Part shown: positions 56,197-64,000 of the stretch, one piece after another | Position numbering within the stretch: position 1 is the first letter of the stretch | Layout of the letters: each line of letters opens with the position of its first letter | Assembly (NCBI GenBank): GCA_963701855.1 | Contig: CAVPBK010000003.1 | Coordinates: 64,001-128,000 of the forward strand | Source of the DNA: Nitrospirota bacterium | Lineage (GTDB): Bacteria; Nitrospirota; Nitrospiria; Nitrospirales; Nitrospiraceae | Length of the DNA stretch: 64,000 nucleotides | Direction of reading: 5' to 3' | Notes under the pieces: generated by a model | The model's database searches: none | What the model was told of the DNA's origin: nothing | What the model saw: only the letters and a program-made list of their open reading frames with translations | Made by a program: the position numbers and the translations under genes

Positions 56197-56700
56197 ATGA
56201 GCGATCTGGTGCCTCGTGAACGGATTGAGCAGACGATCTTCGTCATTCGTGGTCATCGAGTCATGCTGAGCACAGACCTTGCCGATCTCTATGCAGTTGA
56301 GCCGCGTGTGCTTGTCCAGGCTGTGAAACGTAACAGGACCCGATTTCCAGCCGACTTCATGTTTCAATTGACGGAGCAGGAGTTCAACCATTTGAAATCA
56401 CAAATTGTGATTTCAAGTTGGGGCGGCCTCCGAAGAGCCTATCCTTATGCCTTTACCGAACAGGGCGTTGCAATGTTATCCAGCGTGTTGCGAAGCAAGC
56501 GCGCCATTGAGGTGAACATCGCCATTATGCGTACCTTTGTCCGCTTGCGCGAGATGATCAGTTCGAGCAAAGTCCTTGCCCGGCGCCTCACAGATCTGGA
56601 GAAGAAGTATGATGGCCAGTTTCAAGTCGTCTTTGAGGCCATTCGTGAATTGATGGCGGAGCCCACGCCAAAATCCCGCCGCATCGGATTCAAGACTTGA
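56197..56700 (+). CDS. ORF6N-domain DNA-binding protein
   Basis: [14 protein letters not shown]....[49 protein letters not shown]. Confidence 0.93.
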   Translation: MSDLVPRERIEQTIFVIRGHRVMLSTDLADLYAVEPRVLVQAVKRNRTRFPADFMFQLTEQEFNHLKSQIVISSWGGLRRAYPYAFTEQGVAMLSSVLRSKRAIEVNIAIMRTFVRLREMISSSKVLARRLTDLEKKYDGQFQVVFEAIRELMAEPTPKSRRIGFKT

Positions 56701-56912
56701 GGGAACAGGAGAGGGCAGGCTGGACGGTCTCCTGTGCTCGTGCAACGCGTCCGGGTTCGTCTGTCTGGTTGGCTGGTCTTTCTGGTCTGGCTAGTTCTTC
56801 TGAATGAATTTCCAGTCCGATCAACCAAACAAACCAGATAGACGAGATAGACTAAATGAACAAGCATTCGTTGGACACGCGCAGTGGGTGACCATCTAGC
56901 CAGCCCTCAAGG
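56701..56912. repeat. Composite repeat (family D shell with family C ladder) after ORF6N copy 1
   Basis: ggtctcctgtgctcgtgcaacgcg...cgttggacacgcgcagtggg..accatctagccagccctcaaggg repeated at 57304-57541 and inverted at about 61825-61958. Confidence 0.75.
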
Positions 56913-56935
56913 GGAAAGGTGGCCGCTCTTGGCTT

Positions 56936-57303
56936 CGCTTCCCTTTAGATTTCATGTTTCAGCTGACATCAAAAGAGAAAGTCGAGGTGGTCGCAAATTG
57001 CGACCACCTCGCAACGCTCAAGTTTTCGCCTGCAAAGCCATTTGCCTTTACCGAACACGGCGCGGTGATGGTGGCGAGTGTGCTCAATTCGAAGAGGGCG
57101 ATCGAGGTCAGCGTTTATGTAGTCCGGGCGTTTGTGAAAGTGCGTGAGGTGCTTGGGGCCCCAGCGAGCTCGCACAGAAACTGACCGAGTTGGAGCGAAG
57201 GGTCGAATCACATGACACCCACATTCGTTCCTTGTTCGATGCCATCCGTCAACTGATGGAGCCATCGGCGACCAAATCACGCCGCATCGGATTCAAGACA
57301 TGA
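56936..57303 (+). pseudogene. 5'-truncated, frameshifted second ORF6N gene
   Basis: RFPLDFMFQLT...PFAFTEHGAVMVASVLNSKRAIEVSVYVVRAFV, frameshift near 57160, then ELAQKL.ELE...FDAIRQLM...SRRIGFKT*. Confidence 0.88.
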
Positions 57304-57541
57304 GGGAACAGGTGCGGGCAGGCTAGACAGGTCTCCTGTGCTCGTGCAACGCGCGGCCTGAGAAGGATGAGAGGGAGCAGGCAACCATCCTTCTTGCTCG
57401 CAGAGCCCCCACGATAAAACTGTGGTCGCTCGATGCGCGCAGTGAAGGACAGTTCGCCTACTCCCTCTAGAGAAGGTGAAGAATCAGAAGGCCCTCGTTG
57501 GACACGCGCAGTGGGTAACCATCTAGCCAGCCCTCAAGGGA
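57304..57541. repeat. Composite repeat (family D shell with nested family B)
   Basis: Same ends as 56701-56912 but the interior carries ttcttgctcgcagagcccccacgat...cgatgcgcgcag. Confidence 0.75.
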
Positions 57542-57736
57542 GAGGGCTGGGACCGGCGCGGTGTGGGAGTGGCTGGCCGCTCTCATGCGACCGTGAGGGG
57601 CAAATTTAAGAAACGACCTCAGTAGCTTCCATCTGAAAATTCAGAATGTCCCAGTTTTCTCTGCCACCCAGGCGAGTTCGAGCTTAGTTAGGTTGTGGTT
57701 GCCCATATTTAGGAAGCTGGCTAAAAATTTGCGCGG

Positions 57737-60336
57737 CTACTTTTTTCTCCTATCTTTGACCATTTTCACAACCCCTCTCACATCTGCGATATCAATACCC
57801 AATTGCTTGGCATCAGGGACCGGGTCATTTTTTACTGAGGAAGGATCATGGGAGTCTATTACCTCACAACACGCTTTATGAATTCTTTCGATTTCTTTGA
57901 ACTCAGATTCTGTGAAACCCACCACGACATTAAGACGATCAATACTGATCCTGTCTCGATAGCGGTGTAGCACCCCATTGAACACGACGTCCTGGATGAT
58001 GCGTTCGATTGTGGCACGTAAGAGACTATATTGCCTTTGAATTTTTGTACGGTCTTCTTCGTTTGGATGGGCTGGCCAGATTTTTTCTAACCTTTTCTGC
58101 TCTTCATCTAGCTTGTTCAATCGGTCCTTGTAGTCCATGTGTGCCCAAGGAAGCCCTTCAATAACATGACCAGGGTGATCATTCATCCATTCGAGGTGGT
58201 GCATAAGGTAACCAATGCTCTGTTGCTCGATTGCGTCGATCAATTCGCAGAGAAATACCGTTTCATGCGTTAGCACAATTACCTGTCGATTTTTAGCTTC
58301 CTCGATAAGGCGACGTGCAACTCTCTTGCGTCGGTGATGATCAAGTGACGAAACAGGATCGTCGAATACAATCCCTCCTCCGTTCCCTGCCAAATGTAAT
58401 TCCGCCATGAACGAACCAATGGCGATTGCCCGCTGTTCGCCTTCGCTTAGAATCTCTTCCAGTTTCGTAGAAACGGGAAGGTCTAACACAAGCTTGTGCT
58501 TCATTTTCCCTTTTTCAACGCGTTCGACGAGCTTGGTCTTGATGTGCCCTATCCCCAAGGACTGAAATTCCTTATCTAATGCACTCTTTAGCGCCGCCGT
58601 TACAGCTTGGCTTGCGAACTCCTTCGCCTTATCCGAGATCGATTTTGTTTTGAGATCATCCTTGCATTTGGTCAACTTAGCTTTCGTCCGCATTCTACCG
58701 ATGAGATCCAAAACACTTTTCAGTCGAGGAGCTAGCTTGGCTCTTGCGCTCAGCTGTGCTCGTTCAGTTTCAAAGGGTTTCCTTTTGGTCTCATCGCCCG
58801 CCTTTTCTAGATCGTCCGCTTGGGCCAAAAGAGTCGTAGAAATGGTATTCAATCCTGGACATGGATCATCATTGAGGGTTGGGGGGCATTCCAATTGTGG
58901 CTTTTCAGAGTAGCCAACATCCACTTTCTTCTCGCCTCAATTCTCTTCTCGTACTCCTGAGTTGTCTGAAGGAGACTGGGGTCCAACTGTTTGAGTTCTT
59001 CAATCGAGGCTTCGTCTAGCCCGAAGCCGAGAGATGCATGTGTGATTGCCTTTTCCGCAACGGCAAGCTGTTCGCGTTTTTCTGCAACTACCTTGGAGGT
59101 ATCGGCTTTAATGAATTCCTCGAAGCGCTTCATGCGATTTACTGCATCCGAGTCCAGTAATTGCTGACATAGCAAGCACCTTGCATCCGCACATACGTGG
59201 GGGAACGGCTCGCCAGGGTAAGCTAGTTCGGTTGAAAATCGACGGGCTGTCTCGAAAAGCGTTTTCCATGCCTCTTCACCAGTCCCTGAAAGTAAAGACT
59301 CACCAGCTTGAAAAGATTTAGCCGCAACTGCTTCGGCCTTTAGTGCCAGTTCAGTTTTGTCATCATAGGACTTCAGGCTTGTGACAGCAGCTTCATTAAC
59401 ACAAGACAGAGCTGCCTCGATTCGACCAATAAGGGCATCGAGTCGTTTTGCCCCAAGCTTAATGGCTTTGGCCTTGGCCGTTGGATCGCTCTCATTCAAA
59501 GATTTGTCAAGCTCAGCAAGCCTCTGTATTTCGTTTGCAGTGAGTGTCGCAAGTGCGGCGACCACTTCAGGCTTCGTTACTTCGCTGAGGGAGGATATTA
59601 GCTTTCCAACGGTGGTGTCGCCTTGGAGATCAATAAATGGGCTAATGTCTGTGTCTGTTGAATTGATCTCCGCATTTAATCTCTGTGTTAGTTCGGGCAT
59701 TACTCGCTGGCCAAGATTTTCGACGATGTCGAGACCGTAAGGGAGATAGGCAACGTCTTGCTCATCTAAGTAAGCACGTGCGCACCGCCCATCAAATACC
59801 GCTATACTGGAAAGCTCGTCTGGAGAAGGAGAGTCGTGTTTCCAGTTGAGCGACTCCGGCTTTCCCCCTACCGTAATGTCGAAAACTGCTTCTGGAATTT
59901 TCCCTGATACTTGCGGATCACTGGCATCAGTATGAACGGTCTCAGAAACATCGCGGGCACGGCAAGCACGCTTTAGTACCCGAGAATACCCTGATTTACC
60001 AGAGCCATTGTCGCCATAGATGATCGTTATTCCCTTTTCCGTAAAGACAAGTTTTTGTCCATCCGCAATTCGGTTGACATGTTTAAGATCTTTCATCGCT
60101 ACTAGTATTACGGTTTCGCCAGAAGAGGAAAGCGTAGGGAGATGGTTTTGCGCAAGCGGAACAGGCTGACGATTCTGAGCATCCGACAGTCCGCGGGCCG
60201 ACTTCAGCATCGCATATAAATCATCGATGTCTTGTGCACTAAGTTTCTGTTGCTGAAAAAGACGGCGCAGGGCATCGCGCTGCCAGGGACTTAGATAAGC
60301 GGTTGACCAAGCGAGAATGTCTGTCAGGAGCGACAT
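57737..60336 (-). CDS. Rad50/RloC-like ABC ATPase with coiled coil and Zn hook (~866 aa if repaired); 1-nt frameshift at a C6 run near 58885
   Basis: Walker A GDNGSGKS, CLLCQQ hook, LSEGE signature, FDDPVSSLD Walker B/D-loop, LTH; ORFs 58849-60336 and 57737-58924. Confidence 0.88.
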
Positions 60337-60376
60337 GTGTACCCTCGGTTCCTTATTTAAGAATCAAGGAGCCATT

Positions 60377-61663
60377 TCACCTAGTTGAATCGTTGTCCGC
60401 AGTGGATGGGGGATTCAATGCTCGCAATTCAAGCCCTTCGATTTCCTGTATCGTCTTTCCCGCAATGCCTTGAAGATCCCCATACATGCCAGCGGTTGCT
60501 TGCATGACCCGCTCGATTTGTTCTTCCCGTTTGGCCCACTGCTTAATAATGGCCTTCTTCTCCTTGTCGAGATCCTCCTGCATCGAGGAGAATGCCTCGA
60601 CGATCGCTTCCACTCGATGGCGAAAGCGTGGGCCGGTGAGGTACTGATAGACCATTTCGGTCTTGGTCTGCTGCCCTTCCAACGCCTGCCGAGCTGAGGC
60701 AACTTCGATTAGGGAGTGGCGCAATGCGACCGCGACGGAGAGCATTGACCGTGAGTGTGTAACCCAGACTCCTTCGATGAGATCAAACGACTCCATGCCT
60801 TTTGGGAGTGTCTGACTGACGATAACAGCAATTTCTGCCTTGGCAGTCCGCTGATCGTCGCGTAGTTTGACTAGCCAGCCGTCGCTCCAGTTCTTGGTTC
60901 GCTTGGACTCCCATAAGATCGTTCCACAGGGATGACCGAGCGGGCCTATGACCCGCTGTAGTGCATCGCCACCGTATTCGCCTTTGGGAACAGGCTCGAT
61001 GGTGTCCCTTGGGAACTTTATCCTGAGTAAGGCTTCCAGTTCTAGTTCCTGGACTTCACCTTGGAGTTGCTGTGATCCCTGTTCAGCCCTGCGCTTGAGT
61101 TCTTCGATCTGGGTCTGCATGGAGGCGATGGTTTGTTCCTTCTCCATCACCTTGAGTTTGAGTCCTTCCTCGGCCTCTTTCTTGGCCTGCTCGCGGGTGG
61201 CAGAGAGCCCCTCTTGAACTCGGTTTTCGACCGTGAGTTCTAGCTCCCGTTTGGCATCGTCCAGTTCCCGCTTTTGCCGGATGAGATCAGCCTGTGCTTT
61301 TTGAGCCTCGGCGAGTTTGACTTCGCGTTGATTGAGGACATCCTGAAGTTCAGCCAGTTCTCTTGTTTTCTGGTCAATATCCGTTTGCAGAGCGAGTTTG
61401 GCCTTCTTCGATTCCTCTGTGGCAATCTTCGCGCGCTCCAGCAGCAGCTTCTCGGCCACCTGATCGTCAATCGCTTGCGTAGCTTTTGAGACAGCGGCTT
61501 CTCGATCACGCAAAGACTCTTCTTTCTTGGCAATGTCCGTGTCTTTCTGCGCCAGCCGCTTCTCGTAGTCGCGGCGGGTTGACTCGATTAATGGAGCGGC
61601 GAGAGATTCTGTCAGCTTGATCTCGGTCTTGCAGTTCTGGCAGATAATTGTGGGCTCTGACAT
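60377..61663 (-). CDS. DUF2130 family coiled-coil protein with C-terminal PD-(D/E)xK-like region
   Basis: I.C.NC..EI.L N-terminus, QGSQQLQGEVQE, GGD...ILWESKRTKNW. Confidence 0.88.
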   Translation of the reverse strand: MSEPTIICQNCKTEIKLTESLAAPLIESTRRDYEKRLAQKDTDIAKKEESLRDREAAVSKATQAIDDQVAEKLLLERAKIATEESKKAKLALQTDIDQKTRELAELQDVLNQREVKLAEAQKAQADLIRQKRELDDAKRELELTVENRVQEGLSATREQAKKEAEEGLKLKVMEKEQTIASMQTQIEELKRRAEQGSQQLQGEVQELELEALLRIKFPRDTIEPVPKGEYGGDALQRVIGPLGHPCGTILWESKRTKNWSDGWLVKLRDDQRTAKAEIAVIVSQTLPKGMESFDLIEGVWVTHSRSMLSVAVALRHSLIEVASARQALEGQQTKTEMVYQYLTGPRFRHRVEAIVEAFSSMQEDLDKEKKAIIKQWAKREEQIERVMQATAGMYGDLQGIAGKTIQEIEGLELRALNPPSTADNDSTR

Positions 61664-61824
61664 AGAAAAGTCCCGGTAAGACAGGTGTATCTTTTGGCTG
61701 AAGTCCTACGCTCAACGGGTAGATAAATCAACCGTACAGAAGGGGGTAGCGGGGTCAGGAAGGCTAAATGTTCCCCCTCCAAGCTCGCTCGTTACCTCCC
61801 AGGGATGATGCCTGATTGATCCTT

Positions 61825-62012
61825 CCCTGCGCGCGTTCAACGAATGCTGGTTCATCTGGTCTATCTCGTCTATCTGGTTTGTCTGGTTGATCAGACTGGA
61901 AATTCACCCAGAAGAACCAGATAGAAGTGCACGAGCACGTTGCGCGAGCACAGAAGATCATCAGGCTCCATCCCTCCTCTGTTCTGCGAGCAAGGAGGGC
62001 ACCTGGCCGCTT
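61825..62012. repeat. Inverted composite repeat (families D, C, partial B)
   Basis: Reverse complements of gcattcgttgaacgcgcgcag, the tatctcgtctatctggtttgtctgg ladder, tcttctgtgctcgcgcaacg and ccttgctcgcag. Confidence 0.7.
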
Positions 62013-62077
62013 CCCGCCATTGCATGACCTTGCACCTTGGTTCTCCAAGTCGCAAATGTGTTCTGAAGGCCCTGGAG

Positions 62078-62116
62078 ACCATGTTTGAGGTCACAATTTG
62101 CGACCTCAAACATGGT
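62078..62116. other. Stand-alone 39-bp palindrome related to the ORF6N internal palindromes
   Basis: accatgtttgaggtcacaa-t-ttgcgacctcaaacatggt, 19-bp arms with one mismatch. Confidence 0.85.
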
Positions 62117-62183
62117 GCTCAGTTGGCTGCGAGAATGTATCTTACGGCGTTCTTTAGAAGATTGGTGACGAGACGTAACGCTG

Positions 62184-62623
62184 TTAAGCCACTGGCTCTC
62201 GTTTCGGGACTATTCGGCCTTCTTCTAAATCTTGGAGGTCAGACCAAGCGGTGAGGTCGGTTCGAGAGGGATCGACGGCGTCGCGGAGTTTGTTGAAATA
62301 CTTCTGCTTATCCGGCGTGCTTGGTCCCCGCGTCAACATCATCTCATTCCACTCGTTTTGTTCTACCTGCGGTGAGGCGTTGCGGCCTTCTTGAACCATT
62401 GGGCCACGCCCTCATCAGTGGGATTGGCCTTCACGGTCTCGGTGAATTCCTTGTCCGTAATACCGGAGAATTTCATGAGCCGGTCATCCATGGGGCAGGG
62501 GTAGATGTATTCGCCTTCGGTCTTGGCCAGCACGGCGCGGCACTTGTCGATCATGCGCGCGAGATGGACATAGCCTTCCATCTTCACGCGCATGCTGCGA
62601 GGGAAACTCTTCCTCAGATCCAT
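62184..62623 (-). CDS. DUF5069-like protein, split by a single frameshift near 62370
   Basis: PRS....GYVHLARMIDKCRA...GEY.Y.CPMD in 62363-62623; C-terminus W.DL.DLEEGR in 62184-62399. Confidence 0.8.
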
Positions 62624-62625
62624 GA

Positions 62626-63300
62626 TTAGATCAATTTATGATTCGTGAACGTCAGGTTCTTCACGATCACTCCGCCATTTTCATATGTAATGATGCGGCG
62701 GGTAGCCGGCAGATCCGATGATCCGATGCGCACATGGGTGTCGGTGAAGCTTTCCACGTTGTTCAGCTTCCCATCGGTGGGTGAGTAGTAGTACACGCTG
62801 TACTTCGTCGTGAGATTCTTCTGGTCTTGGGTTACCGCGCTCTCTTCCACGTTAATCGTAAAGGCAAAGGGGGTCATGCCGGGGTGCGCCATGGTGCGAT
62901 TGATCTGGGTGATGCGATTGTCTTTGACGCGATAAAACGAGTTCGACCCGTGAATGATCAGTTTCGTGCCGAATGGGTGCCCGTCCTCTTCCATGGTCAA
63001 TGAGTACTTGCCGTCCGATTCCTCGAAGGTTCTTGGGCCACGGTGCACCGCGATCATGCCGAGCTGTTCTTGCACCCACTTCTGCACGTCGGGCTCTCCC
63101 AGTTGGACCGATACTTCACGAGGGCCTTTCACCATGACGGGTCCACTGGTTTCTTTCCCATTGATATTCACGGTCAGATCGGCCGTGAATCCCGTAAAGT
63201 CTTTCTGCCAGCGCGCGGTGTTTTCGAAGGCGCGGCGAAGTAATTCGCGGGCCTTCGGATCGTCGGCAACCGTGGGCTGTTCCTGTTTCTGATGTTCCAT
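62626..63300 (-). CDS. DUF3386-like protein
   Basis: ARELLRRAFEN..RW..DF.GF.AD, HR..R.FEE; AAGGAG RBS before ATG 63300. Confidence 0.75.
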   Translation of the reverse strand: MEHQKQEQPTVADDPKARELLRRAFENTARWQKDFTGFTADLTVNINGKETSGPVMVKGPREVSVQLGEPDVQKWVQEQLGMIAVHRGPRTFEESDGKYSLTMEEDGHPFGTKLIIHGSNSFYRVKDNRITQINRTMAHPGMTPFAFTINVEESAVTQDQKNLTTKYSVYYYSPTDGKLNNVESFTDTHVRIGSSDLPATRRIITYENGGVIVKNLTFTNHKLI

Positions 63301-63387
63301 GGTGGTCTCCTTATAGGAAATGGTGTGAGCGGGATTATAACCTCTGGATGAAAATAGCCTCAAGTGGTATCCGCGATGCAAAGTATC

Positions 63388-64000
63388 TGTAGTCCCACAA
63401 TGACAATGTCCGCTTATGCCAAAGTAGAAATGTCCTCTTCGTTGATAGACTGCTGGCTTTCAGTCGGAGGGCCGGATGGTCGGAGAGGACACAGTCATCA
63501 TGAGTGTGAAGGAACTCAGGCGGGTGTATGTGATTCGGCATACGATGGAGAAGAAGTTGACGCAGGTCAAGGCGGGCACCTTGCTGGGGCTGACAACACG
63601 CCATATCCGGCGCCTCATCGAGCGGGTGGAGCAGGAGGGTGACCAGGGGCTGGCGCACCGGGGACGGGGGAAGCCGTCGAACCGACGGCTTCCGGAAACG
63701 GTCAAGGCCAAGGCGCTGACGCTGTATGCGCAGCGGTATGGAGATTTTGGGCCGACGTTGGCGGCGGAGAAGCTGGCCGAGTGCCACGGGATCCCGATCA
63801 GTGATGAGACCCTGCGGCGGTGGCTGCACGTGCGTGGGGTCGATCATTTCACACGGCGGAAGCGCCCGCACCGGGCATGGCGGGCGCGGAAGGCGCATGT
63901 GGGTGAGCTGGTGCAGCTCGATGGCTCGCACCATGACTGGTTTGAGGGGCGCGGGGCCCGCTGCGTGCTGAGGGCCTACATCGATGATGCGTCCAGTCGG
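63388..64000 (+). mobile_element. Left part of an ISNCY/IS1202-group insertion sequence
   Basis: TGT terminus at 63388 with two subterminal direct motifs (aatgtccgctt, aatgtcctctt) followed by the transposase ORF. Confidence 0.8.
63476..64000 (+). CDS. DDE transposase (ISNCY/IS1202 type), truncated by window end
   Basis: MVGEDTVIMSVKELRR...HRGRGKPSNRR...YGDFGPTLAAEKL...ETLRRWL...GELVQLDGSHHDWFEGR...IDDASSR. Confidence 0.92.
   Translation, partial: MVGEDTVIMSVKELRRVYVIRHTMEKKLTQVKAGTLLGLTTRHIRRLIERVEQEGDQGLAHRGRGKPSNRRLPETVKAKALTLYAQRYGDFGPTLAAEKLAECHGIPISDETLRRWLHVRGVDHFTRRKRPHRAWRARKAHVGELVQLDGSHHDWFEGRGARCVLRAYIDDASSR

Noticed and set aside
58849..58924. Programmed frameshift or phase variation in the ATPase
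   Set aside because: A C6 run is short and equally explained by a sequencing indel; cannot be supported without reads.
63320..63387. Possible dif/xrs site next to the IS end
   Set aside because: ggattataa-cctctg-gatgaaaat matches the XerD arm consensus poorly.
63335..63934. 199-aa minus-strand ORF
   Set aside because: Antisense shadow of the transposase.

Overview
Bacterial chromosomal window. Gene content, gene order and repeat families are most consistent with a Nitrospira-like organism (inference). Layout: (i) 1-11.6 kb: PyrR-attenuated pyrimidine operon (pyrR-pyrB-pyrC-DUF4149-carA-sppA-M48 protease-carB), then greA and a DUF62/SAM-hydroxide adenosyltransferase. (ii) 11.7-32 kb: minus-strand accessory island encoding a secretin, two giant sugar-dehydrogenase-propeller/PKD/(LamG, FN3) repeat proteins (each translationally coupled to a LysM gene; both frameshifted), a GspE/PilB ATPase and PilM/N/O/P-like genes. 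It has no GspF/PilC or pilins, and a second, 5'-truncated DUF62 copy lies at its right edge. (iii) 33-37.7 kb: decayed small genes, a J-domain/Sel1 protein and toxin-antitoxin remnants. (iv) 37.7-55.8 kb: core genes (radA, tsaB, rimI, tatC, cyclophilin, AsmA-like, M24 peptidase, sdhB/frdB, archease, rtcB, PilZ, CCG/HdrB-like, cupin). (v) 56-64 kb: two ORF6N genes, a DUF2130 + Rad50/RloC-like ATPase pair, DUF5069, DUF3386 and the left part of an ISNCY/IS1202-type element. Most unusual signal: a palindrome with core TCRCAAWTTGYGA sits at the same place in both ORF6N paralogues but is read in different frames, and a third copy stands alone at 62.1 kb. Several nested, modular intergenic palindromic repeat families also occur. 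Many single-base frameshifts may be assembly errors. All family assignments are from motif recognition, not database searches.
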